In this document: in pieces, positions 28,407 to 37,938 of the stretch | How the letters are laid out: every line of letters begins with the position of its first letter | How positions within the stretch are numbered: the first letter of the stretch is position 1 | Virus record (IMG/VR): IMGVR_UViG_3300044511_000202 | Coordinates: 7,485 to 71,484 of that record | Reading direction: 5' to 3' (one strand) | Length of the DNA: 64,000 bases | Source of the DNA: a virus | Notes under the pieces: generated by a model | Told to the model about the DNA's origin: nothing | Databases searched by the model: none | What the model saw: only the letters and a program-made list of their open reading frames with translations | Translations under genes and position numbers: made by a program

Positions 28407-29038
28407 CACCCAAGGATCTCAAGGAGTCGCTCACAACGCACCGCAAGCCCGACGTCACCCACGTGCGCACCTCGCTCATGCGGTACCTGTCGCGCGCGGC
28501 GGAGTACGGTAGCGACAAGTACGAGCGGGCGAACTACATGCGGCCGACCGACGGTGGGGCGCACGACACCCCGACGCGCGCGGACTTCAATCGCCTGCGC
28601 TCCTACCTGCGAGCGTGCGTGTCGCACGCGTTCCTCGCCCTCGACGAGCTGGAGTATTACGAGGCGATGCACCCCCACCACGACGACGTGGAGGCGATGC
28701 GGCTCGCGGCGTACGCTCCCGACACCGACCCCTGCGACAAGGCGGGACCGTCGAAACTCCCCCACCTGTGCGGCGCCGCAGCCTCGCTCCAGTTCGCGCT
28801 CGAGCAGGCGATCAGGTGCGGGCTCCTGCCCCCCGATCCCGGTTGCCCGTGGAAGGACCCGGCAGCACCGATCCACCGCATGCTAGGAGAGCTGGCGTCA
28901 GTCGCGACGTCACTAGACGCGAAGCGCGCGCTCCGGGCGGCGAAATCCATCACGGCCGACTACATCGGCCCCGACGCCGCGCGGTTCGCGGCCATCGATG
29001 CGGGCATCGCGGCGAACGCGGCCGGAGAGAAGAGGTAG
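28403..29038 (+). CDS. dATP/dGTP diphosphohydrolase-like protein (DUF5664)
   Basis: KPD, RAAEYGSDKYERANY and S.LPHL..AA motifs. Confidence 0.7.
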   Translation: MTPKDLKESLTTHRKPDVTHVRTSLMRYLSRAAEYGSDKYERANYMRPTDGGAHDTPTRADFNRLRSYLRACVSHAFLALDELEYYEAMHPHHDDVEAMRLAAYAPDTDPCDKAGPSKLPHLCGAAASLQFALEQAIRCGLLPPDPGCPWKDPAAPIHRMLGELASVATSLDAKRALRAAKSITADYIGPDAARFAAIDAGIAANAAGEKR

Positions 29039-29039
29039 C

Positions 29040-30020
29040 ATGGCGAAGGTCTACTGGAGGATGGGGAGCAAGGGGGTGATCGTGTCCGCCATCCAGACCG
29101 CGATCAACGCGGCGAACCCTGGCGGCAAGGCGCTAGCGGTGGACGGCGACTTCGGGGCCCTCACGGACGCGGCCGTGCGCGCCATCCAGACGCGGAAGAA
29201 GCTCGCGGTGGATGGCGTGGTCGGCCCGGTGACAGCGGCGGCGCTTGGTATCGCGGACAAACTGTACCCCCCGCCGGCACCCGGCGCGGCGTTCGTGGAC
29301 GGCTGGTACACCGGCGCCACGCACCGCATCCCCGCCTACGGCGGACGCGTCGGCGGGGCGATCGAGGCGAAGGCTACCGTGGTGCACACCACCGACATGA
29401 TGCCGGACACCTTCCGCGCGCTCATCAAGCAATGGGCGACGTCGGGCGGCAACGGCGCGTGCGCGCACTTCGTGCTAGGCCGGCGCCCGCCTACCACCGA
29501 GGAGTTGATGGCGGAGGGCGCCTACCCTGGCGGTGGGCTCGTGCAGATGGTACCGATCAACCGCAACGGCAACCACGCGGGTGGTATCCCGCGCGGCGGC
29601 TACTACGTCGACGCCCAGGGGACGCGGTTCCACCCGAACATGTACGCCGTGGGCATCGAGATCCACGCAGCCGGACACCTGTCGAAGGTGGGGGGCAAGT
29701 ACATCTACGAGGGCTCGCGCATCGTGCCGGACGAGGAGGTGTACACCGACGCCACTGGGCGACCGTGGCACCTCGTGACGGAGTACCAGTTCGACGTGCT
29801 GGGCGCGCTGCTGGACGCACTCGAGGCGCACATGCCTCGATTCCTCACCGTGGTGGGTATCAACCCATACGGCGACCACGCGAAAAACGGCGTGCCGTGG
29901 GCGAGTCACAAGCTCTTCGGGCCCCGCCTCGCAGGGCACGCGACGCTGGATCCGATCAACAAGACGGACCCAGGACCCCAGGTCATGGAATGGCTGGCGA
30001 AGCGATACGGTAAGCGGTAG
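29040..30020 (+). CDS. Endolysin: peptidoglycan-binding domain + N-acetylmuramoyl-L-alanine amidase
   Basis: VDGDFG..T..AV..IQ...L.VDGVVGP.T binding motif; VVHTT, AHF, HAG, VGIEI and GH....KTDPG catalytic motifs. Confidence 0.9.
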   Translation: MAKVYWRMGSKGVIVSAIQTAINAANPGGKALAVDGDFGALTDAAVRAIQTRKKLAVDGVVGPVTAAALGIADKLYPPPAPGAAFVDGWYTGATHRIPAYGGRVGGAIEAKATVVHTTDMMPDTFRALIKQWATSGGNGACAHFVLGRRPPTTEELMAEGAYPGGGLVQMVPINRNGNHAGGIPRGGYYVDAQGTRFHPNMYAVGIEIHAAGHLSKVGGKYIYEGSRIVPDEEVYTDATGRPWHLVTEYQFDVLGALLDALEAHMPRFLTVVGINPYGDHAKNGVPWASHKLFGPRLAGHATLDPINKTDPGPQVMEWLAKRYGKR

Positions 30021-30044
30021 TTAGAAGTCACAAAGCGCGGGCGA

Positions 30045-30083
30045 GGGCCCCGGGGCGAATACGTCCCGGGGCTCGTCGTTTTT
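30045..30083 (+). terminator. Intrinsic terminator
   Basis: 13-bp GC-rich stem with an AATA loop, then GTCGTTTTT. Confidence 0.6.
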
Positions 30084-30133
30084 CGCTTGCGCTGGGCGAG
30101 GCCCGGCACTACAACAAGGCAAAGGAGAAACGC

Positions 30134-30499
30134 ATGGAACCGAAGAACAAGAGGCCGACGATCGTCATCCTCTTCAGGACGAAGGCGAACCAGTTCCGCT
30201 TGATCATCCCGCCCACCCCGACGTCGGGCCACCAGCTCGCCGTCGAACGGCGGGACGTCGCGGGGCTCGGGGAGATCGTGTGGATTCCGGTCTCGCGGAA
30301 TCAGGACACCGTCACCCAGTACCTGACGGCGCTCGCCCTGTCCCAAATCGGAGCGGGTCTGATCAACCCCCTCCCCGAAGGGGCGGCGCTCCCGAGCGGA
30401 GTCTACCCCTCCTCGCCGGAGAACCCGCCCCCGTGCGGCCCGACCCTCACCATCCTCCTGGAGGGGGTGGTGGGGTGGAACGGTGAGGTAGAGTCGTGA
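30134..30499 (+). CDS. Hypothetical protein
   Basis: AAGGAG SD. Confidence 0.55.
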   Translation: MEPKNKRPTIVILFRTKANQFRLIIPPTPTSGHQLAVERRDVAGLGEIVWIPVSRNQDTVTQYLTALALSQIGAGLINPLPEGAALPSGVYPSSPENPPPCGPTLTILLEGVVGWNGEVES

Positions 30500-30906
30500 C
30501 CGCACGCGACAGCCTAACTCAGGAGCTGATCACCATCCTTCGTCAGGAGGAGACGGCCTCCCAGAAGATCGCGCAGTACGAGGCGTCGCACCGGCGTTTC
30601 ACCGAGCGCATTTCATCGCTCCTGGCGGCGGAGCAGGCGAACCGGAAGCAGATCGCCGCGCTTCAGAATCAGGTCGAGGCCCTCGCCAGGGAGCGAGACC
30701 ACCTCGCCGCGAGGGTGGCAACCAGCCACCCGCTCGAGCAGCTCGAGCAGCTCGAGCAAACGCTGGTCAAGGTGCTGGCCGAGCTGACGGCGGCGCGCGG
30801 GTCGACCGCGCGCCCTCAGTCGATGGTGCGGGTTATCACCGGCTCCGGGGCTCTAGCGTCACCGTGGCTGGCGGCCCCATGGCGGGTGGAGAAGAGCGGT
30901 GGGTAG
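30496..30906 (+). CDS. Coiled-coil hypothetical protein
   Basis: Coupled start; heptad pattern. Confidence 0.55.
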   Translation: MTARDSLTQELITILRQEETASQKIAQYEASHRRFTERISSLLAAEQANRKQIAALQNQVEALARERDHLAARVATSHPLEQLEQLEQTLVKVLAELTAARGSTARPQSMVRVITGSGALASPWLAAPWRVEKSGG

Positions 30907-31162
30907 CCGCGATCTCCCCCGGTACGCTCCTCTGCCTCCACCTGTGGAACCTCCGTGCGACGGGTGCCTGGCGATGGCGCGCGAATGTCGCGTCCCGAAC
31001 GGCGACGAGGTGCTCCTCATGTGCTGGATGTGTGCCCACGCGTGCGTCGATCACGGGGTACCCGTTGAGGGACTCTCCGCGTGGTACGACGCCGCTGGAT
31101 GCGGCTGTAAGCGGAGCGAGATCTACCCGCGATCCGCGAGCGAGCTATCCGAGCTGGGCTAG
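30899..31162 (+). CDS. Small Cys-rich protein
   Basis: CxxC, CxxCxH and CxC motifs. Confidence 0.5.
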   Translation: MGSRDLPRYAPLPPPVEPPCDGCLAMARECRVPNGDEVLLMCWMCAHACVDHGVPVEGLSAWYDAAGCGCKRSEIYPRSASELSELG

Positions 31163-31172
31163 CGGCGCTGGG

Positions 31173-31832
31173 CTAGCGGCGCACGGCGCCAGCGAGAACG
31201 CGCCCCACGTAGCGCTTCAGCGCCCAGAGCCCCACGCCGATCCCGTCCACGGCGTCGTGCTGGTCTGGCGCCACCTCGCGCTCGCCCGGCGTCAGGAGGC
31301 TCCACACGAGGGCGCCGCGCGGCGACTGCCACGCGCTCTCGGGGAGCTTACCCTTCACCGTCTTTGGGAGCTGGCCCGTCCACTCCGCGGGGAGCGGCGC
31401 GACCATCGCGGGGGCGCGCCAGCTCCTCGTCACGTTGTAGTCCGTGACCTGGGACGCGAGGCTCTGACCCACGGCGACGAGGCCCAGAAGGTCGTTCGGG
31501 TCGCCCTTCGTCTTTCGCCTCTCGTCGCGCGGGTCGTACACCTGGGGCCACTCGAAGGCCACGGTGCGGATGACGGGGGAGCCGGTGGCGCTCGGACACA
31601 CCTCCTCCTGCTCCATCCACCACTCGAGGCCCAGGCGAGCCACGCGGTGCGCGCGCTCGGCTCGAGGCAGCTCGTGGAAGCTGGAGGGGACGCGCAGCTT
31701 GCCGGCGGCCACCAGGATACCCTGGCGGAAGAGCGCGGCGCCGGGGTTGCGGAGCGCGGGATCGAGGCAGAGCATGTCACCGTGTCCGGCGTCGGCGCAG
31801 GCCGCGCGCTCGCGGTACCCGAGCTGGGTCAC
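31173..31832 (-). CDS. RuvC-like Holliday junction resolvase
   Basis: LCLDPA...GAALF, AFEWPQVY, P.EW.G..PK and DAVDGIGVGLW motifs. Confidence 0.75.
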   Translation of the reverse strand: MTQLGYRERAACADAGHGDMLCLDPALRNPGAALFRQGILVAAGKLRVPSSFHELPRAERAHRVARLGLEWWMEQEEVCPSATGSPVIRTVAFEWPQVYDPRDERRKTKGDPNDLLGLVAVGQSLASQVTDYNVTRSWRAPAMVAPLPAEWTGQLPKTVKGKLPESAWQSPRGALVWSLLTPGEREVAPDQHDAVDGIGVGLWALKRYVGRVLAGAVRR

Positions 31833-32113
31833 GGTGCCTCGACAGTAACCACCGCGTCGATCCCCTGGGCTCGGAGGTAGTCGCGGCGAGCGTCGGCTCC
31901 GTTGTCCCCGTGCCGGTGCTCGTACCGACCGAACCCGGCACCCGCGGCGAACCCCGTGGACGGCGGCGGGAGGGAGTGCCCCGGGAGCGGGTCGGCGCTC
32001 CTCACGACGACGAAGAAGGGTCCCATCACGCGGCCCCGCATTCCTCGGCCATTGAGCTTGCCGGTGGCCTCGGCCTCGCGAAGGGCCTTGGCGCTAGTAG
32101 GACGCGGGGGCAT
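31829..32113 (-). CDS. Hypothetical protein
   Basis: GGAGG SD; coupled to the resolvase gene. Confidence 0.5.
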   Translation of the reverse strand: MPPRPTSAKALREAEATGKLNGRGMRGRVMGPFFVVVRSADPLPGHSLPPPSTGFAAGAGFGRYEHRHGDNGADARRDYLRAQGIDAVVTVEAP

Positions 32114-32327
32114 CAGACACCTCCTTCTGAAAGTTCGAGAGCGCGCCCATCAAGTCGAGAGCGAGCTGGATGCTGTTCTGGACGATGTACGCGCGCCCCT
32201 CGGGGGAGCGGCACTCGTAGTCCTTGCAGAGCGCGGCTGCGATGACGGACGTACCGATCACCGTCGCGGTTCCTACGAGCGCACCCTCCACGCGGCGGAT
32301 GAGATCCTCGTCGGATAGGTCGCTCAC
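32094..32327 (-). CDS. Hypothetical protein
   Basis: Coupled start; protein-like composition. Confidence 0.5.
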   Translation of the reverse strand: MSDLSDEDLIRRVEGALVGTATVIGTSVIAAALCKDYECRSPEGRAYIVQNSIQLALDLMGALSNFQKEVSDAPASY

Positions 32328-32575
32328 GGCGCCACCTCCCCCAGCTCGTACCGGTCGGGGGTGCTGCGCCCCTCGCAGCCAAAGCGGCGCTCCTGGCCGG
32401 TGTCGGCCCGGCGGAACACACGGAAGTAGGTCGGGCGCAGGTCCCCGTAGCGGGGATCGGGCTCGCGGTCCGTGTGGGAGTACACATACGGCTCGCGGCC
32501 GTACTCCCCATCGCTCTCGACGAGGAAAAATGACCGCTGCCCTCGGGGCGGGGGCGGGTAGGTGAGATCGCGCAT
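32324..32575 (-). CDS. Hypothetical protein
   Basis: ATG lies just downstream of an ECF-type promoter. Confidence 0.5.
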   Translation of the reverse strand: MRDLTYPPPPRGQRSFFLVESDGEYGREPYVYSHTDREPDPRYGDLRPTYFRVFRRADTGQERRFGCEGRSTPDRYELGEVAP

Positions 32576-32585
32576 CGGCGCCAAT

Positions 32586-32611
32586 GACGCGCGGAGGCGG
32601 CGGGGTATTCC
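32586..32611 (-). promoter_or_regulatory. ECF-type promoter GGAATA-N16-CGTC
   Basis: Intergenic, fixed spacing. Confidence 0.6.
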
Positions 32612-32613
32612 AC

Positions 32614-33414
32614 CTATTTGGTGACGCGCCTCGCCTTCTTCGTCTTCAGCATATTGGCGTCCAGTTCGTCCAGCTCGGCGAGGCGGGCGACGCACGCGGC
32701 CGGGTCGGGCGCGGCGGCGAGCGCCGCGGTCCCGGCGTTGAACGCGTCCGCGTCCACCTCAGCTCCCACGAAGTCGCGACCCAGTCCCCGCGCGGCGATC
32801 CCCGTGGTGGCGAACCCGGCGCAGGGATCGGCGACGAGCCACCCGGGTAGGGTGTAATCGCGCACGATCTTGAGCATGAGATCCAATGGTTTGCCTCCGA
32901 TGTGTCGGCGCCCCCCGCGACCGACCACGTAGGCACCGGGTCTCGTCCACCCGCCCAGGAAGCTCTTACAGCGCGGGCGCGAGACGTTGAGGTACACAGC
33001 CCAGGAGCTGGGTCCGTCCCCGGCCATCCGGCACGTCATGCCGCGGATGATGCACGGTACCGGCGCGAACGTGTAGCGCCCAGCGTCCTCCATAACCTGA
33101 CGCCAGACCGGCGACAGGTCGGAGCACGACATGAACGCCATCCACCCGCGGGGGACGCGCGGCGCCCAGAAGCTGACGCACTCGCGGACGTCGCGCTCCG
33201 TCCAGTGCTCGTACGACAGCTCGCGGCGCTGTCCACCGCCCGGATCGCGATCAACCGCTCGAGCGTGTCCTCGGTGCGTCCGACTCCCGTACGGAGGATC
33301 CGCGATCACGGCCCCCACCTCGGTCACGTCGGTGAGGACGTCCTGGTAGCGGCCGTGGAGGAGAACGGGGTCCGGCTCGAGGAGCGCGTCCAAACCGGGC
33401 GTGTCGAACGCCAT
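32614..33414 (-). CDS. DNA methyltransferase (N6A/N4C, beta class)
   Basis: IADPPY, H..GKPL.L and VADPCAG.ATTG.AA...GR.FVG.E motifs. Confidence 0.85.
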   Translation of the reverse strand: MAFDTPGLDALLEPDPVLLHGRYQDVLTDVTEVGAVIADPPYGSRTHRGHARAVDRDPGGGQRRELSYEHWTERDVRECVSFWAPRVPRGWMAFMSCSDLSPVWRQVMEDAGRYTFAPVPCIIRGMTCRMAGDGPSSWAVYLNVSRPRCKSFLGGWTRPGAYVVGRGGRRHIGGKPLDLMLKIVRDYTLPGWLVADPCAGFATTGIAARGLGRDFVGAEVDADAFNAGTAALAAAPDPAACVARLAELDELDANMLKTKKARRVTK

Positions 33415-33792
33415 CTATCGCGCCAGCCTCCCGAGCGTGCACCGGGAGTGCGGCCACCACCCGGTGAGCGGCCACGAGCCCCAGGCCCACCCGTAGCGCC
33501 ACGCTCCGAGGTGCTCTCCGACGGGGCCCGACCTGACTACCTGGCGGTACCGATAGAGGCGCCACCCTGACCACTGGATCGCGAAGAAGTTCACCCACCC
33601 CACCCACGAGCGGAGTCCCGCGAGCGCGGCGACGGCGCACGCTGCGCTGACAACCGCCACGCCGGTCGCCACGGCGTGGTAGGCGACCATGTCGAGACGG
33701 CGCGCGCTCGCGGCGCACAGGTACAGCGCAGTGGCCAGCGCGGCGAACGCTCCGGTGTACCAGAGGCGGCTCCTCCAGCTCGAAGCGTTCAC
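33415..33792 (-). CDS. Membrane protein
   Basis: Two TM segments; Trp-rich tail. Confidence 0.5.
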   Translation of the reverse strand: MNASSWRSRLWYTGAFAALATALYLCAASARRLDMVAYHAVATGVAVVSAACAVAALAGLRSWVGWVNFFAIQWSGWRLYRYRQVVRSGPVGEHLGAWRYGWAWGSWPLTGWWPHSRCTLGRLAR

Positions 33793-34007
33793 GCGGCCCT
33801 CCGCTCTGAGGCGCGGGCGTGGAACCCTTCGCGGTCCTCCTCGTTGAGCCACGGATCGCGCTCGCGGCGCTCGAAGTCGAGCGGGGCCTCGGCGGGTAGG
33901 TCGCCCTCGTGGGCGAGGGCGCGCCAGTGCTCGGCCACCTCGCGCTCGTCGGGGATGATGGGTTCTGCGGCGTAGCAGCCGCGCGTGTTCAGCAGTCGCT
34001 TGAGCAT
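33789..34007 (-). CDS. Hypothetical protein
   Basis: Starts 8 nt after an ECF -10 element. Confidence 0.5.
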   Translation of the reverse strand: MLKRLLNTRGCYAAEPIIPDEREVAEHWRALAHEGDLPAEAPLDFERRERDPWLNEEDREGFHARASERRAA

Positions 34008-34015
34008 GGGGGGAG

Positions 34016-34041
34016 AACGGTGGGGCGCGCCCGGCTATTCC
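34016..34041 (-). promoter_or_regulatory. ECF-type promoter GGAATA-N16-CGTT
   Basis: Exact GGAAT-N18-GTT match. Confidence 0.6.
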
Positions 34042-34577
34042 GGGCCCAGCTCGCCGTGGATACCGCGCTCGTACTCCGCGGCCTTCTTCGCGCGGGCGGT
34101 CTCCCGCGCACCATCGTTGATCAGCCCACCGTCGTTCAAGGGGTCCTCCGCTAGCGCGGCGGTCGCAGCCTGGAGGTGACCCAGCTCAACGGAGAAGTAG
34201 TCGACGGATCGACGGTTGGTGTACGGGTTCGCGGAGCGCCCGAACCGGAGGAGCTTCGTCGCCCCCTGGATCGCCTCGCTGGCCTCCTCGATGAACCGCT
34301 CCAGCTTGCGGCGTTCGGCGGCGGTCAGCTTGACCCGAGGGCGCGAGTCGCGCGCCAGGAGCTGGGCGGCTAGCTCGCGCGGGAGGTGGTTCGGTCCGGC
34401 GCACTCGCACCCGTTCGGGCACCCGTGCACTAGGAGCTGGGCGGCCAGCTCGTAGTTCGGCGACCTGACCAGCGGTTTGATGCGCTCGTACTCCTCCCAG
34501 TCGGAGGCGTGCATCGTGGAGCCGTACCTCTGGAGGCGTGCCTCCTGCTCTTCGGGCGAGTCGAAGTAGTCACTCAT
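34035..34577 (-). CDS. Protein with a MazG-like all-alpha NTP pyrophosphatase domain
   Basis: IEEASEAIQ..TKLLRFG...ELGHL pattern. Confidence 0.5.
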   Translation of the reverse strand: MSDYFDSPEEQEARLQRYGSTMHASDWEEYERIKPLVRSPNYELAAQLLVHGCPNGCECAGPNHLPRELAAQLLARDSRPRVKLTAAERRKLERFIEEASEAIQGATKLLRFGRSANPYTNRRSVDYFSVELGHLQAATAALAEDPLNDGGLINDGARETARAKKAAEYERGIHGELGPE

Positions 34578-34842
34578 GGCCCCTCCGTCGCGGCCGTTCC
34601 GTCGCGGCCGTCCCGCTGGCGAACGGGGTGAGCATCACGTCGACCGTGCGCTCAACGTCGCACGTGAACGTCCACCAGTGGCCATCGTCAACGGAAGTCA
34701 CGCGCACGTCCGCGCTGTCCTCGATGATCCCTTCCTCCGCTCGGACCCTAGCGTAGTGAAGAGCAGCTCTTCGCGGCGTCGCACACTCAGTCTCCGCGGG
34801 GTGCGAGCTGTCCTCATCCATGCAGACCTTGAATCTGGGCAT
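34570..34842 (-). CDS. Hypothetical protein
   Basis: Fills the gap after polA. Confidence 0.5.
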   Translation of the reverse strand: MPRFKVCMDEDSSHPAETECATPRRAALHYARVRAEEGIIEDSADVRVTSVDDGHWWTFTCDVERTVDVMLTPFASGTAATERPRRRGHE

Positions 34843-34859
34843 GCGAGGTGAACGCGCGA

Positions 34860-37514
34860 CTAGGCCGCTTTCTTCTTCGGCGGAGGCTCCCACGGGACGA
34901 GCCGGTCATCGGGGCCCTTCCGCTTGGCGCCACCGTCGCGCCAGCGCGGGCTCGCCCCCTTGTACCAGCGGCGCATGAGCGCGGGCTCGGCGCGGCAAGC
35001 CTTCGCCAGGTCCGGGCAGTGGCGGCGAAGCTCCTCCTCCATGACGGCGGAGATGCGGTGCGCGGCCTCGTGCGCGAGGCACTCGTCCATCTCGACGATC
35101 AGCTCGTCGTGGGTGAACACGATCACGCGCGCGTTCGCCAGGTACAGCGGCGACATCGCGCCGTCCGGCATGCGAAACGTAGCGTCGTAGCACTCGCGGG
35201 TCACGCGGCGGAGGGCGGCCTTCGCGGCGTCCGCGAGGAGCCCCTGGAACCACCCGTTGGCGATCGAGTTGCCCTGGGCTCCACCGCGGATGCGGTTCGA
35301 CACGTGCTGGACGATCGAGCCCGGCTCCAGCTCCTCCAGGCCGAAGAGCGCCCTCTGCTCCTCGGTGAGCGGCTGCCCCTCCTCCTCGCAGTGCTTCACA
35401 AAATCGAAGTAGATTTTATTCTCCGGCCACTGCTCGAACCACTTCGCGCGGAGCCGCTCGGCGCATTCCACGCACCGCTTGCAGAGCGGCGCGGTGGCGC
35501 GCCCCTTCCACTCCGTGACCTTCTCGTCACCACACCTCGGCGCGCCGTCCATGAGGATGCAGAACCGTAGCCCCTTGTACCCCGGCCCCACGTAGTCCTC
35601 GGTCTCGATCGTGGTGGGGCCGTTCGGGCAAGGCGTGTCCGGCCCTTGCTTGCGCTGTTGGAGCACCAGCTTGGCGGCGCCCATGCGCCCGGGGAACCCG
35701 AAATTGGGCGGTTTGCTCGCCTGGCGCGCGTCGGCGCACACCTGGTAGCCCGGCGCGCCCTTGTCCGAGAATCGCTCCTGGAACTCCTCGTACGAGATGC
35801 CGAGCACCGTCGCGGCGAGCGCGTTGTGCACCTTCAAACCGGCGTTGAGGGCGTCAGCGAGCTTGGAGAACCCGCAGATCCAGATGCAGCTCTGCGCGTG
35901 CGTGACCAGCTCGCCCGCCTCGTAGTCCACGGTGGCGAACACGCGGCCGGGGCGCGCGACGATGCACTCGCGGATCCCGCCCTTGCGCGGCAGGAGCTGG
36001 ACGCACCCGCCGTAGCTCGTGCGCCCCGTCTCCAGGAGCACGTTCGGCTTCAGGGTGAGCGGGATCGGCGCGTGGGTGTACGGGTCCCGGCCCTCACGGA
36101 GCCATGGGATGTATGTGCCGGGGAGTTTCTCCTCCTCCAGCCAGTCAGCCAGATCGATGAGTACCTCGTCGCCCGACTCCTGCAAGGCGTCGCGGCCCGT
36201 CCCCACTCCCTGAATGATCCCCTCGCCCTCGCACTCGTCGCACTCAGTCATGTCCGGGAGCGAGCCGGTTCCCGAGCACGGCTTGCACTTCCCGCCGTCG
36301 GTGCGCGGAACCGGCGCGGACTCGAGCACCAGGCCCGTCGCGTCGCACGGCTTGCAGTTGATGAATTTGTTCGGGCGGGAGCCCTTGCCCTTGCAGCCGA
36401 CGCACTCGAGCCCGGCGATCAGGCCCGAGCCCTTGCATGGGCGACACCGGACGATCTGCGCCTTCGGGCTCGGTACCTTCTGGGCGCCGTCGCAGTGCGG
36501 GCACGCCCCGTGGCACCCGTAGGCCCGAGCGATGCGCCCTTTGATCGTCGCCATGTCGCGCGACGTCTTGATCTGCCCCTTCTCCTTCTTCAGCTTGAGC
36601 ACGCCTGGCGCGAAGAGCGGTTTAGCCATCTCAGCCCGATCGGCGACCACGCGAGACTCGAGCGCGTCCACGGCGACCTGGTCGACGACGAAGCCCCAAG
36701 CTGCGCCCAGGTGCATGGCGAAGTGCGAGTAGCACTGGTTCGCCAGGTCGTGGAGGTTGCGGCGGCGATCGCGGCGCGACACGCACGGGGCGCTGGCCTC
36801 GTACACCGAGCGCCCGCAGTGACGACACTGGGCGTCGGCGTTGTGTACGTCCACGAAGACGTGGGAGCCCGGGTGGGGGAGGTGACCGGTCTGGGCGAGG
36901 CACACCTCCAGCGTGTTGCACGCGTCATCTAGCGGGTACTGTCGCGCCAGCTCCGGCCACTCCTCGATGGGAAGCGGCTGGAGCAGCGCGTAGCTCTCGC
37001 GGTACACGTCGTTCACCTTCGCGTTGACTCGGCCCAGCACCAGGTCCGTCACCACGGCCAGGTTATAGCGGACGGGCGTCTCGCCCGTGAGCGGATCGCG
37101 GAGCTGGCGCGCCGCGGGCGGCGGTCCGGTGCGCGGGTCCTTCCCGAGGTAGCCCGTCCCTACGGCGTGTAGCGCCTCGGCGATCTGCAAGTCGTACACG
37201 CGCTCGTCCTCGTACGCCTGGAAGATGAGCGGCATCAGGTCCACGCCGTCGGCGGCGGCGCGCACCGCGAGCACGAGCATATCGTAAGCGATGTTCGCGC
37301 CGATGATGACGAGCGAGCGATCGCCGAGGATCTTCTGTGCCGTCATCACGGTGGCGCGCTCGTCGAGGATTGCGGCCTTCACCACCCCGTCCGCGAGGCG
37401 CGCGATGGAGCCGCACACCAGCGGCGGCGCCAATAGACCCGGCTGGACGCGGTGCGTCTCGGTGTCGAACGCGCGACCGCGGTCGGCCAGCGAGCGGAGT
37501 CGCTCCTCGCGCAC
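34860..37514 (-). CDS. polA: Family A DNA polymerase with 3'-5' exonuclease and inserted CxxCxGxG zinc-finger repeats
   Basis: Exonuclease motifs AFDTET, GANIAYD and YPLDD; TGRTS; motif A DYEAGEL; motif B RQASKPPNFG; motif C HDE. Confidence 0.9.
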   Translation of the reverse strand: MREERLRSLADRGRAFDTETHRVQPGLLAPPLVCGSIARLADGVVKAAILDERATVMTAQKILGDRSLVIIGANIAYDMLVLAVRAAADGVDLMPLIFQAYEDERVYDLQIAEALHAVGTGYLGKDPRTGPPPAARQLRDPLTGETPVRYNLAVVTDLVLGRVNAKVNDVYRESYALLQPLPIEEWPELARQYPLDDACNTLEVCLAQTGHLPHPGSHVFVDVHNADAQCRHCGRSVYEASAPCVSRRDRRRNLHDLANQCYSHFAMHLGAAWGFVVDQVAVDALESRVVADRAEMAKPLFAPGVLKLKKEKGQIKTSRDMATIKGRIARAYGCHGACPHCDGAQKVPSPKAQIVRCRPCKGSGLIAGLECVGCKGKGSRPNKFINCKPCDATGLVLESAPVPRTDGGKCKPCSGTGSLPDMTECDECEGEGIIQGVGTGRDALQESGDEVLIDLADWLEEEKLPGTYIPWLREGRDPYTHAPIPLTLKPNVLLETGRTSYGGCVQLLPRKGGIRECIVARPGRVFATVDYEAGELVTHAQSCIWICGFSKLADALNAGLKVHNALAATVLGISYEEFQERFSDKGAPGYQVCADARQASKPPNFGFPGRMGAAKLVLQQRKQGPDTPCPNGPTTIETEDYVGPGYKGLRFCILMDGAPRCGDEKVTEWKGRATAPLCKRCVECAERLRAKWFEQWPENKIYFDFVKHCEEEGQPLTEEQRALFGLEELEPGSIVQHVSNRIRGGAQGNSIANGWFQGLLADAAKAALRRVTRECYDATFRMPDGAMSPLYLANARVIVFTHDELIVEMDECLAHEAAHRISAVMEEELRRHCPDLAKACRAEPALMRRWYKGASPRWRDGGAKRKGPDDRLVPWEPPPKKKAA

Positions 37515-37733
37515 CTAGCCCAGCTCCTCGACGGCCACGATCTCGGGCTCGCCGTCAAGCTCGCCGGAGGTGCACCACTCGGTGGTGCGCCCCTCCCTGT
37601 TACTCGCGCACGAGTGGCAGAGTGTCATGACGCCGCGTCGCGACGCGATGTCCTTGGCCTGCTCGGCGGAGCGAGCCTCCACCTCGGTACCGACGGAGAT
37701 CGTCATCTCCGCCACGACGTAGTAGCGCGCCAT
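37515..37733 (-). CDS. Small hypothetical protein
   Basis: Y.V.......TEVEA.SAEQA pattern common in phage small proteins; CxxC. Confidence 0.55.
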   Translation of the reverse strand: MARYYVVAEMTISVGTEVEARSAEQAKDIASRRGVMTLCHSCASNREGRTTEWCTSGELDGEPEIVAVEELG

Positions 37734-37740
37734 CGAGGAC

Positions 37741-37938
37741 CTACTTTCCGTGAACGGATAGGAGTCGCCCACTCCTGCTGAACACTACTTCAACCTCCTC
37801 GCCCGGTCGCGGCCAGCGTAGAGAGCTGTCAGCCTGAAACGATGTTGAGTGGAAACGGACACGACGTCCAGCGGACGACGTCACCACCCCGATAAGTAAG
37901 TTGAAGTCGAACCACTCCACCATCCAGGTCTCGTTCAC
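37741..37938 (-). CDS. Cold-shock-domain-like OB-fold protein
   Basis: VEWFD....G.V.....RVRFHSTS...GEEVEV pattern; lower GC than the flanks. Confidence 0.5.
   Translation of the reverse strand: MNETWMVEWFDFNLLIGVVTSSAGRRVRFHSTSFQADSSLRWPRPGEEVEVVFSRSGRLLSVHGK

Noticed and set aside
31154..31181. 14-bp tandem duplication at the convergence of the two gene blocks
   Set aside because: It is a short local slippage spanning stop codons, with no further copies seen.
28403..37514. Z-genome (2-aminoadenine) system
   Set aside because: No PurZ-like gene is in the window. DUF5664 and PolA alone are insufficient evidence.
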